Shown in pieces: positions 24,612-33,178 of a stretch of 47,800 bases of DNA (position 1 is its first letter; each line of letters begins with the position of its first letter). The notes beneath the pieces were generated by a model, which was not told the DNA's origin, ran no database searches, and saw only the letters and a list, made by a program, of their open reading frames with translations. Position numbers and translations under genes: made by a program. This DNA is from Candidatus Zixiibacteriota bacterium. Its GTDB lineage: Bacteria; Zixibacteria; MSB-5A5; GN15; FEB-12. The stretch spans positions 1 through 47,800 of the forward strand of contig JADFPZ010000001.1 in assembly GCA_022562075.1 (NCBI GenBank), written 5' to 3'.

Positions 24612-25451
24612 TTAAATATCCAGCATTTCGCAAATGCGGCTGAAAATTATTTCAGACATCGGTCCGGCTTCAAATTTTGCTTTGTAATTCTTAGCCCGTA
24701 TTTCTCCAACAGCTCTGACCAGCCTGACAGAACTGCTTGAAAAAACTTCGCCTGCTGATTTGAGTTCTTTGAGTGAGCAATTCTTTTCAATTATCTGCCA
24801 TCTGTTTTTCCTGGCCTCACTAAGAATCAGTTTGCGGGTAACTCCCTCCAGGCAGCCGGCCGTAACAGGCGGAGTATAAATTTTGTTATTTTTGGTCCAG
24901 AAAATATTGGCGCTGGTCAGTTCTGAGATATTGCCGCTGCTGTTAATCAGAAGCGCGTCGTCGCACTTATTTTTCTGTGCTTCTCTTAAGGCGGCTGCTT
25001 TGGCACCATAGGAAATAGTTTTGATGCGATTGAACACAAGACTCTCATCAATTTTACTTTCCGGTGCAAAAAGCTTAAGAGGGCTATTATCAAACTTATG
25101 CTCTACAGCCGAGCAGATTACCCGCGACCTGCCCCTTTTGCCTGTCCAGACAGCTGACTCTCCACCGGTAACTGTCAGCCTTAGTCTTTTGAATCGGGCA
25201 GGATGCGCCCTCGCGGTTGCACGTAGCCACATTTCCAATTTGCTCTCAGACGTTGATAGCTTGAGGCCAAGCAGGTTGGCGCCTTTGCGAAGTCTTATAA
25301 AATGCTCTTTGGAAAAGGCAAGTCTGCTATCAATTGCCAGAAATGTTTCAAAGAGACCCTCGGCGTAAAGAAGCGAGTTATCATAAACAGAAATTCTTGC
25401 TTCTTTTCCGGTAACTATGCGGCCGTTTATGGATGTAACAATTCTTTTCAT
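24612..25451 (-). CDS. pabC: Class IV aminotransferase-fold protein, probable aminodeoxychorismate lyase
   Basis: 279 aa. VYDNSLLYAEGLFETF, and ...GVTRKLIL... typical of fold-type IV PLP enzymes. Lies directly downstream of pabB. Confidence 0.65.
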   Translation of the reverse strand: MKRIVTSINGRIVTGKEARISVYDNSLLYAEGLFETFLAIDSRLAFSKEHFIRLRKGANLLGLKLSTSESKLEMWLRATARAHPARFKRLRLTVTGGESAVWTGKRGRSRVICSAVEHKFDNSPLKLFAPESKIDESLVFNRIKTISYGAKAAALREAQKNKCDDALLINSSGNISELTSANIFWTKNNKIYTPPVTAGCLEGVTRKLILSEARKNRWQIIEKNCSLKELKSAGEVFSSSSVRLVRAVGEIRAKNYKAKFEAGPMSEIIFSRICEMLDI

Positions 25452-25457
25452 ATAAGC

Positions 25458-26777
25458 TCAAGAATTTGCAGCTCCCAGCGCCTTGAGCAGGTTCTTAGCT
25501 TTTAAAAGCATTTCGTCATATTCGCTTTCAGGGCTACTTCCGGAAACAATACCTCCGCCGGCATTGAGCCGGAAAAGAGAATCCTGGTGAGTCATGGTTC
25601 TGATTGCAATATTAAATTCAGCCTTATCGCCATCGACATAACCGATACAGCCGGTATATACTCCGCGGGCAGTAGTCTCAATTTCCTGAATTATTTCAAC
25701 TGCTCGTTTTTTGGGTGCGCCGGTGATTGATCCTCCGGGAAGGATTGCTTTTATGATATCAGCCAGGGACAGATCGTCTCTTAGTTTTGCAGAGATATCA
25801 GTCACCAGATGTATCAGAGATGAGTAATCTTCGGGTTCAAAAAGATTATCTACACGGACTGTCCCTGTTTCGGCAACTTTGCCCAGATCATTTCTGACCA
25901 GATCAACGATCATCAATAATTCAGCTTTATCTTTTTCGGAATTTAACAGTTTAAGACGGTTTTGCTCTCGTTCAAAATCGTCCTGCCCTGAAGTTATCGT
26001 GCCCTTAATAGGACAGCTGGTAATATCAAGTCTGTCTTTCTTGAACATCCTTTCAGGCGATGAAGACAATATTTGATAATCACCAAAGTTCAAGTAGGCG
26101 GCATATGGCGCCGGGTTAAGCCGTCTTAATCGTTTGTAACTGTCGAAAGCAAGAGCATGACTTTTGACATCAAAGCCGCAAGTGAAATTTGCCTGGTAGA
26201 TGTCACCTTCTTTAATGTGATCTTTAATTTTTCGGACAGACTGCAGGTAATCTTTTTTGGAAACTGTCGGTCGGCATTCTGACGAATCAACTGCCAGGCG
26301 ATTTTCCGGCGCGTTGCAATCAAAAAGAATTTCCGAATACTTTACAGGGTTACATCCGAGCAGTTCATAGGAGTTAGCAAAGTGGTCGAATTTCAAATGA
26401 GTGTCATAAAAATAAAAGTGCATCAGGGGCAAATGGCTTCGTCTGTTTGCTCTGAGACCTACAAACGGCAGAGTCGACTCATAACTGAAATAACCGACAG
26501 AAAAGAGATTTTCAGTTTCCCATAAATCGTTAAGCAGCTTGAGTGGGTCGAAAGTACCCCGGATTTTTTCAGCTTTGTGTTCGCTCTTGATTTCAATTGA
26601 ATTTTCGTAAACCGTGATTTCAATGACCGGGTCGAAAGCTATAAAAGAAACTCTCCCTTTGTCACCTATTCGCAGCGAAGAATCGAGCCAGACAGCCCCT
26701 TTTCTGGCGGCCAATTTCCCGAACAGATTTTCCAGGCTTAATCCGGTAGAAACCGGCCTGATTATTGCATTTACCAT
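25458..26777 (-). CDS. pabB: Aminodeoxychorismate synthase component I (chorismate-binding enzyme)
   Basis: SPERMFK, LVRNDLGKV, PGGSITGAPKKRA, RGVYTGCIGY, IAIRT. Confidence 0.85.
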   Translation of the reverse strand: MVNAIIRPVSTGLSLENLFGKLAARKGAVWLDSSLRIGDKGRVSFIAFDPVIEITVYENSIEIKSEHKAEKIRGTFDPLKLLNDLWETENLFSVGYFSYESTLPFVGLRANRRSHLPLMHFYFYDTHLKFDHFANSYELLGCNPVKYSEILFDCNAPENRLAVDSSECRPTVSKKDYLQSVRKIKDHIKEGDIYQANFTCGFDVKSHALAFDSYKRLRRLNPAPYAAYLNFGDYQILSSSPERMFKKDRLDITSCPIKGTITSGQDDFEREQNRLKLLNSEKDKAELLMIVDLVRNDLGKVAETGTVRVDNLFEPEDYSSLIHLVTDISAKLRDDLSLADIIKAILPGGSITGAPKKRAVEIIQEIETTARGVYTGCIGYVDGDKAEFNIAIRTMTHQDSLFRLNAGGGIVSGSSPESEYDEMLLKAKNLLKALGAANS

Positions 26778-26994
26778 AAGATGAAAAAGCTATTCAGTTT
26801 GCCCTGCATGTCAAGAAAAGGTTGAAAAAGGAGCATTATTTAGGCTTAGGTCCGAATTTGAATTTGCAGGACTCGGATTGACAAGTTAAATTGTTGTATA
26901 GCAGCGTATTGGACGGCGGAATTGTCTCAAAAAAGTGTGGAACTTTGGGGCATTCTGTTAGTATTATTAGAAGAACATAAAGCTTGGGGTATGT

Positions 26995-27597
26995 ATGTCA
27001 AAAGAGACAGCAAAAGAAATTGACCACAGGTTGATGAGAGCGGTACAGAACGGAGATATGGTCGCCTTTAACAAAATTGTAGACCGTTACAAAAATCGCC
27101 TGATGAATGTTCTGACAAGGATGCTTTCTTCGACAGAAGAAGCTGAAGATGTAGTTCAGGAAACATTTGTTCGGGTCTATCAGCATCGCCAGTCTTTCAA
27201 TTTTAAGCATTGTCTGTCTACCTGGATTTATACTATCGGCTTAAATCTTGGGCGCAACGAACTTCGTCGCCGTAAAAAATTCAAATTTTATGAAATTTCT
27301 GATATGAAAGGAAACGAGCCTGAGCTTTCGGTAAAGATGAAACTACCGAGCCGCCTTCCTGAAGTAATCAACAGCGCAGTAGGGGATCTTCCGGAAAAAT
27401 ACCGGACAGCCTTTGTATTGCGTGATGTTCAGGAGATGTCTTATGAAGAAGTAGCCCAGGTTCTAAGCGTTCCCCTGGGAACAGTTAAATCGCGTGTGAA
27501 TCGAGCAAGAATGATGTTGCGAGATAAATTGCAACCGAGATTGGAGGAACAGAATGCGTTGTCAAAAGGTACGCTCTTACCTGTCGGCTTATTGTAA
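26995..27597 (+). CDS. ECF-type RNA polymerase sigma-70 family factor
   Basis: Region 2 EDVVQETFVRVYQH...STWIYTIGLNLGRNELRR. Region 4 YRTAFVLRDVQEMSYEEVAQVLSVPLGTVKSRVNRARMMLR. The 3' end overlaps the next gene by 44 nt. Confidence 0.9.
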   Translation: MSKETAKEIDHRLMRAVQNGDMVAFNKIVDRYKNRLMNVLTRMLSSTEEAEDVVQETFVRVYQHRQSFNFKHCLSTWIYTIGLNLGRNELRRRKKFKFYEISDMKGNEPELSVKMKLPSRLPEVINSAVGDLPEKYRTAFVLRDVQEMSYEEVAQVLSVPLGTVKSRVNRARMMLRDKLQPRLEEQNALSKGTLLPVGLL

Positions 27598-28249
27598 TGA
27601 TGAGCTGGTAGGCCGCCGTCTAATGGCACTGGGCGACCACCTCACCAATTGCAAAAGTTGCCGGCAAGATGAACAGAATTTCCGGGCGATTATTCGTTCA
27701 AGCAAAGAGTTAAAGTCTTTTCAGGTTAGCGAAGGCTTTAACAGTCGCCTGCTTGATCGTATTGCTCATGAACGTTTTGCTGAAACCCGTACTAAGGCAT
27801 TACTGCCCAGACCAGCGCCGTCTTTTTTGGTGCGCAGGCTGCTGCCGGTATTTGTAACAGCTGCTTTGATTATCTTTGTAGGCATCAATTATTTTTCTAC
27901 TGAAAATGGTACTGGCTCAAATATGACCCTGGCAAACAGCAGTCAATCAGTTAACGATTCTTATCTGACTGCTCAGCCGCTGAACAATCCAAACCTGACC
28001 GGCAGGCTTCACAAAGGCTGGACTCTGGATGGTCAGTTAGCCCGTTCTGAAAGAATTAATAGAATCTCTAACCAGTTGACTTATAGCTCTCCCTTTAGTC
28101 TGGCCGGAAGCAGAACAAATACCAGTGTTACCACCCGCTACTTCGGGTTGGGACCATATGTTAGCGGATTCTACCGGATACGGCCGGTAATTAGAGTTTT
28201 TCATTCCCCCCGTTCTGTAACGGATAAGGAGGAAGAAACTATATACTAA
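27554..28249 (+). CDS. Anti-sigma factor (zf-HC2, single-pass membrane protein)
   Basis: MRCQKVRSYLSAYCNDEL...HLTNCKSCRQ (H-x3-C-x2-C). TM segment LLPVFVTAALIIFVGINYF. GGAGGA RBS 6 nt upstream. Confidence 0.8.
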   Translation: MRCQKVRSYLSAYCNDELVGRRLMALGDHLTNCKSCRQDEQNFRAIIRSSKELKSFQVSEGFNSRLLDRIAHERFAETRTKALLPRPAPSFLVRRLLPVFVTAALIIFVGINYFSTENGTGSNMTLANSSQSVNDSYLTAQPLNNPNLTGRLHKGWTLDGQLARSERINRISNQLTYSSPFSLAGSRTNTSVTTRYFGLGPYVSGFYRIRPVIRVFHSPRSVTDKEEETIY

Positions 28250-28250
28250 A

Positions 28251-29453
28251 ATGTTAAAGTTGTTTTCAGGGATCGCTTCAAAGGTGGTCCCTTTCTTTTT
28301 CATACTTATCTTAATATCAGCAGACAGCAAGGCTGCAGACAGTTCGCTGGCGCCGCTCGAAAGCGGACTCTTTAAGCTGATTTCAAAACTGTCCCAGTCA
28401 GTAGTGACTATAGAGGCATCAAAATCCCGGGTGGAGCCGTTTCCACTTGGTCCTGCCAACCCTGGCATTGTAAAGGTAATAGCATCAGGAGTTGTCTTCG
28501 ATTCGCTGGGACACATAATTGTGGCGGCAAGCTCTGTAACCGGGCGCGACAAATTGTATGTCGTCTACGGGGGGTTTAAGATAAGTGCGCGAGTGATAGG
28601 CGTAGATTACCAGACAGGCTTGGCGCTTATAAAACCTGCCAGACCAATCGGACGAGCCGTTGAAGCGCTTGAAAATTATCGCTGCGTGGGTCAACTGGTC
28701 ATCGCAGTCGGTAACTCTTACGGTCTCCACGCCAGTCCATCGCTTGGCTTTTGTGCCGGTGCCAGAGACGACGGCTCGCTTCAGTTTTCGGCAGCGATTA
28801 CTTCAGGCTCTATCGGAGGGGGACTTTTTGATCTATCCGGAAGGCTCATAGGTGCGATTATTGGCGGAATCGGCAGCGGTGAGCGGACAGAAGCCGGGCT
28901 GGCAATTCCGGCCAGCGAGATTCCGGCTATTGTAGAGCATTTGATTAAATATGGTGATCGCCGGGCCGGTTACCTGGGGGTTACGATTGGTGAGATAGAA
29001 ATAAGTCCGCCGCTTGAAATCGGTTCTGTAAATTCAATGATTTCGGGGCAAATTTTCGGTTTCAGCAGGTTAATAGAACAAAGTGCTGTCATAACCGAAG
29101 TTGTACAGTTCTCACCTGCCGCCAGTGCAGGGCTAAGGCAGGGAGATCTTATCATAAGTGTGAACGGAGAACAGATTGGCTCAGCTTTAGAATTCGTATA
29201 TAGAATAAAACGAGCCAGATCCGGCTCGATCTTGAGGCTTGAACTAATCAGGCAGAATGAGCTTATTTATGCCGATGTCGAAATTGGCTCAAGAAATGCA
29301 GATATAAGCCAGAGATTTCGCAGCTCATTAGGCAGCAAAGCTAAGGGAAAGAACTCTCAAAAACTCATCTATCAGGAGCTTGAAAAGCTCAAAAAGTCAG
29401 TCAGGCGGCTCGAACAGCAGCTTCACAGCATTAATTCCCAAGATATAGATTGA
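28251..29453 (+). CDS. HtrA/DegS-like trypsin-fold plus PDZ protein with all three catalytic residues substituted (predicted pseudoprotease)
   Basis: Signal/anchor sequence, then ASGVVFDSLGHIIVAASSV (vs GSGVI.D..GyIiTN.HV), VDYQTGLALIK (vs D..tDLAvLK) and SGSIGGGLFDLSGRLIG (vs GNSGGaLvn..GeliG). A PDZ-like segment follows (GYLGVTIGEI...PAASAGLRQGDLIISVNGEQI), then a C-terminal coiled tail. Confidence 0.75.
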   Translation: MLKLFSGIASKVVPFFFILILISADSKAADSSLAPLESGLFKLISKLSQSVVTIEASKSRVEPFPLGPANPGIVKVIASGVVFDSLGHIIVAASSVTGRDKLYVVYGGFKISARVIGVDYQTGLALIKPARPIGRAVEALENYRCVGQLVIAVGNSYGLHASPSLGFCAGARDDGSLQFSAAITSGSIGGGLFDLSGRLIGAIIGGIGSGERTEAGLAIPASEIPAIVEHLIKYGDRRAGYLGVTIGEIEISPPLEIGSVNSMISGQIFGFSRLIEQSAVITEVVQFSPAASAGLRQGDLIISVNGEQIGSALEFVYRIKRARSGSILRLELIRQNELIYADVEIGSRNADISQRFRSSLGSKAKGKNSQKLIYQELEKLKKSVRRLEQQLHSINSQDID

Positions 29454-29620
29454 ATCAAGCGTTCAAATCGCTTAGTTTTTAGACCGGCCAGAAGCGCCGC
29501 CTTGATTAAACTATGATTATGAACTTCAAAATTATTTATCGGGCTGTTTCGATTGCAATAATTAAACTGCATTTCTTGTCAAACAAACAATTTCTGGATT
29601 CGGGCGTAGAAAGTTAGCAG

Positions 29621-32600
29621 ATGATTAAGTTTATCAAAATTCTGTTCTATATGGCAGCTGCATTAGTAGTTCTAACAGGGGGAGTTTACCTGTATCTCTT
29701 TCAGGCAGGTGGCCTGGAAAACATAGTATCTAAAAAGATACAAGATTTAGTTTCAGACAAGTACAGCTTAAATATTAGCATTGGTAATATCGGCGGTGAT
29801 ATTGTCTCCGGGGTAGTGATAAAAGATATCAGCGTTATTTTTTCAGACAGCCTGGGACAAATTGAACTGCTGGTGATTCCAAAACTGCTGGCACGTTATT
29901 CTTTAAGAGGGCTGATCTCTGGCGATTATGATTTCGAACTTATTGAAATTGACTCTGCCAGAATAAGACTGGTCGAGAGTGATTCCGCAAAATGGCGGAT
30001 TCCTGCATTTGCTTCGGACAAACCCGGTGAAGGAGAAAGTGGCAGCGGCAGCTCGGCAGCTTATGGACTGATTTCCAAACTGCAGATAAACAACGCCAGC
30101 ATCGTGATAGAAAAAAGTAGTGATACCTTAAGTTTTTCAGCAATAAATCTGGCAGCTTCGCTGATGGCGCAGGGTAACACGTACGCTGTCGATCTAAGCC
30201 GTCTGTCTTTAAACTCAAGCCGGGAAAATTATGAACTTGATTACTGTTCAGGCAAATTGACTTATGCTAACGGTCTCTTATCATTTCAGGAGCTGAGCCT
30301 TGGCAGGGGTGAAAGCCGTTTGAGACTAAGCGGTACAGTTGATACCCGGGGCCTTACAGCACAGTTTTCATTTGCGGCTGACAACCTTGACATTGCAGAA
30401 ATTTCTGCCTATGCCGGCCTGAATTTGAAAGGCATGATTGATCTCAACGGCAAGTTTGACATTGGAAATTCCGGAATGAAGGCATCTCTGGATTTGGCCG
30501 GAACCTTTCAAATTGCTGAATTTAAAAATATCCACATTGACATGCGGTATTCTGAAGGGATTGTCAATTTGGATACAGTCTATGGCACAATTTTCGACCA
30601 TTGCTCTGTGGACGGCAACGGCAACCTTGATCTCACAGGCGATGTCGAAAAGTATACTATTGTTGCTGCCATTCGAGGTTTTAATCTTAAGAGTCTGGTG
30701 GAAAACGGTTTCGAGTCTGACCTAAGCGGTGATATACGTTTAAGTGGTACGTCATTTAAGAACAGCGATCTAAGGTTAGACATAGATGCTGTGCTCTATG
30801 AATCCAGCTTCAATGGCTACCAGCTTCATTCTGCAATAGGCAGCATGGTTATCACCACAGACTCAATAGAATTTCTGGAGCCGTTCGCAATCAAGTATTT
30901 CGAAAACGAATTCAGATTTAGTGGCATGATAAATTATAATGACAGCCTGAATATTGAACTTACCGCACAACTGCAGAATCTTGAACGATATCACGACAAA
31001 CTGTTTATCAAGAGACCTGCCGGCAGAGGCTTCTTAACTGCTAAAGTATCGGGTAAAACCAGCGACCCTGACCTGTGGGCGAATTTTAAATCCGATTCTG
31101 TCTGGATATACGACCTGTACAGCGAACGGTTCAGCGCAACCGTTAATATTAAGAGTTTTCTTAAATCGAAGCAGGGTGATATTGAAGTTTTTACCTACGG
31201 CGGATCGGCCTGGGATGTTCCGCTAAACAAGGGCTATTCGTTTCTCAAAATAGATTCAAACATTGTCACAATAGATTCTGTCTATCTGGAAAATAATTAT
31301 TCATCGGTGCACACCAGCGGAGCACTTGATTACGAATCCGTACCTATGTCGCTCGAGCTAAAGGCGTTTGAGCTCAAATTATTTAACCAGCAGTTTTTGA
31401 ACCGGGGATCTGTCAATATCGACATTGATTCACTGGGGTTCTATTTCCGGCAGGCAGCGATTGCCAATGATGAAATGCTGCTCTCGGCGACCGGGTCAGT
31501 AGGTTACGACGAATCGATGGACATGGATTTCTATTTTGATGAATTGCAGATTTCTCCCTGGATGAAACTGGCATTTGAAAAAGACCTGCTAAGCGGAGAA
31601 GCTTCCGGAAGAGCTTCAATGAAAGGCACCTTTAAGCAACCAATTTTTGATCTCAGTTTAATAGTTGATTCGCTTGTTTTTAAAAGTGTCCATCTGGGCA
31701 ACCTTGCTACGGATGCACAATACAGCGACGAACTACTTGCCATTGACAGCATTGTCTTAGTCTCAGAACAGGGACGGTATTTTATAGCAGGAGTGGTTCC
31801 TATTAATCTTTCGTTCTCAGGTGCTACGGTCAAAAGATTACTTGATAAACCAATGAATTTGTCAGTCTTGGCCACAGACAAGAAGTTTGACCTCTTAACC
31901 GCAATGTTGCCGGATATTGAGCAGCTCGAAGGTGATTTTGTAACGGATTTCAAAGTTTTTGGAACACCAAATAACCCTCATCTGGAAGGAATGGCGTACA
32001 TCCGCCAGGCCAGGCTAAAATACTTTGACCTCGAAGAATATATCTATTCGGACTCAGCTGGTGTTACGATGGTGGATAATAGAATTGTGCTCGATTCTAT
32101 AGAAGCCTACGCCTATCGAGGAAATAAAAAGAACTCTCCCAAAAGGTACGCAGAATTCGAAGGTGAAATTATTGTTAAGGCTCTGGACAATCTTTACTAT
32201 GATATCTATCTGACTTTGCCGCGCGAGTTTCCGTTTAATTATGAACTGGCTGACATTCGCGGTTCTATTGAGGGAGAAATGCATATTCAGGGAGATACCC
32301 CTCCGATTGTAAGCGGGGATCTGGCACTGGTTGCTATGCGTTATGCGGTAAATTTTGCAGAGCCGGATGAAGGTTCTCCGATAATGATGGCCTTTTCAGA
32401 GGAAGGCAGCTGGGGGTTGAACTTAAATATTGATATATTGTCCAACTACTGGGTGAAAAACGACGACATTGACGCGCAGTTCAGCGGCTTCATAAACATA
32501 ATCAGAGAGAATGGCCGGGAGCAATTGATTGGTGAATTGGAAGTAGTCAGGGGCAGAGGGTTTCTATTCGACAAAATATTCCGGTTGGAGCCGGGAGGCA

Positions 32601-33178
32601 CAGTAATATTCGATGGCGGCGACTCGCTTAACCCCCGGCTCAATCTGGTTGCTTATACCAGAATAACCAGCTATACGCCCTCTGCTATTGAAGAAGATCA
32701 GACTTCGATTCAAAAAATATTGGGCATAAGAATTTCCGGGACACTGGACCACCCGGATATCTCGGTAACTGATGACTCCGAAGTTTCTGAAGATGAACTT
32801 CTGCCGGCTCTGGCAGGGACTGAATATGGAGAGGGAGATATCTCTTCGTTCGGAAGTTTCGGGCAAAGGGTCTCAAACGTAGTAGCCACCCAGGTTTCCA
32901 AAATCGGAAGTAAGCAGTTCCGACAACTGGGACTGGAAACTTTTGAAGTTGATCCGGGTTATTACCGCGGAGATTTGGATTTGACCAGGACCCGTTTTAC
33001 TCTCGGCTTTTCCCCGTTTGACCCGAACCTGTACGTTTACGGCAAGTCGGCTCTTGGTTCAACCACCGGACAGGAGATTGGCTTTGAATACCGCAGATTC
33101 AAATCTTTTATTTTAGAAGGCCGACGCGACGAAGAGGAACTATATCATCTAAATCTAAAACTCCACTGGGAATTTTAA
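29621..33178 (+). CDS. tamB: Translocation and assembly module protein TamB (AsmA-like, DUF490 C-terminus)
   Basis: 1185 aa with an N-terminal anchor helix FIKILFYMAAALVVLTGGVYLYLF and a long beta-rich body. The C-terminal end (...RTRFTLGFSPFDPNLYVYGKSALGSTTGQEIGFEYRRFKSFILEGRRDEE.LYHLNLKLHWEF) is typical of DUF490. Confidence 0.8.
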   Translation: MIKFIKILFYMAAALVVLTGGVYLYLFQAGGLENIVSKKIQDLVSDKYSLNISIGNIGGDIVSGVVIKDISVIFSDSLGQIELLVIPKLLARYSLRGLISGDYDFELIEIDSARIRLVESDSAKWRIPAFASDKPGEGESGSGSSAAYGLISKLQINNASIVIEKSSDTLSFSAINLAASLMAQGNTYAVDLSRLSLNSSRENYELDYCSGKLTYANGLLSFQELSLGRGESRLRLSGTVDTRGLTAQFSFAADNLDIAEISAYAGLNLKGMIDLNGKFDIGNSGMKASLDLAGTFQIAEFKNIHIDMRYSEGIVNLDTVYGTIFDHCSVDGNGNLDLTGDVEKYTIVAAIRGFNLKSLVENGFESDLSGDIRLSGTSFKNSDLRLDIDAVLYESSFNGYQLHSAIGSMVITTDSIEFLEPFAIKYFENEFRFSGMINYNDSLNIELTAQLQNLERYHDKLFIKRPAGRGFLTAKVSGKTSDPDLWANFKSDSVWIYDLYSERFSATVNIKSFLKSKQGDIEVFTYGGSAWDVPLNKGYSFLKIDSNIVTIDSVYLENNYSSVHTSGALDYESVPMSLELKAFELKLFNQQFLNRGSVNIDIDSLGFYFRQAAIANDEMLLSATGSVGYDESMDMDFYFDELQISPWMKLAFEKDLLSGEASGRASMKGTFKQPIFDLSLIVDSLVFKSVHLGNLATDAQYSDELLAIDSIVLVSEQGRYFIAGVVPINLSFSGATVKRLLDKPMNLSVLATDKKFDLLTAMLPDIEQLEGDFVTDFKVFGTPNNPHLEGMAYIRQARLKYFDLEEYIYSDSAGVTMVDNRIVLDSIEAYAYRGNKKNSPKRYAEFEGEIIVKALDNLYYDIYLTLPREFPFNYELADIRGSIEGEMHIQGDTPPIVSGDLALVAMRYAVNFAEPDEGSPIMMAFSEEGSWGLNLNIDILSNYWVKNDDIDAQFSGFINIIRENGREQLIGELEVVRGRGFLFDKIFRLEPGGTVIFDGGDSLNPRLNLVAYTRITSYTPSAIEEDQTSIQKILGIRISGTLDHPDISVTDDSEVSEDELLPALAGTEYGEGDISSFGSFGQRVSNVVATQVSKIGSKQFRQLGLETFEVDPGYYRGDLDLTRTRFTLGFSPFDPNLYVYGKSALGSTTGQEIGFEYRRFKSFILEGRRDEEELYHLNLKLHWEF

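Noticed and set aside
26878-26905. TTGACA followed by TATAGC upstream of the ECF sigma gene.
   Set aside because: The spacer is only ~13 nt. It is not a functional sigma70 geometry.
28037-28730. Minus-strand ORFs (28037-28552, 28485-28730) across the anti-sigma/HtrA-like boundary.
   Set aside because: They conflict with a translationally coupled plus-strand operon that has clear family motifs.
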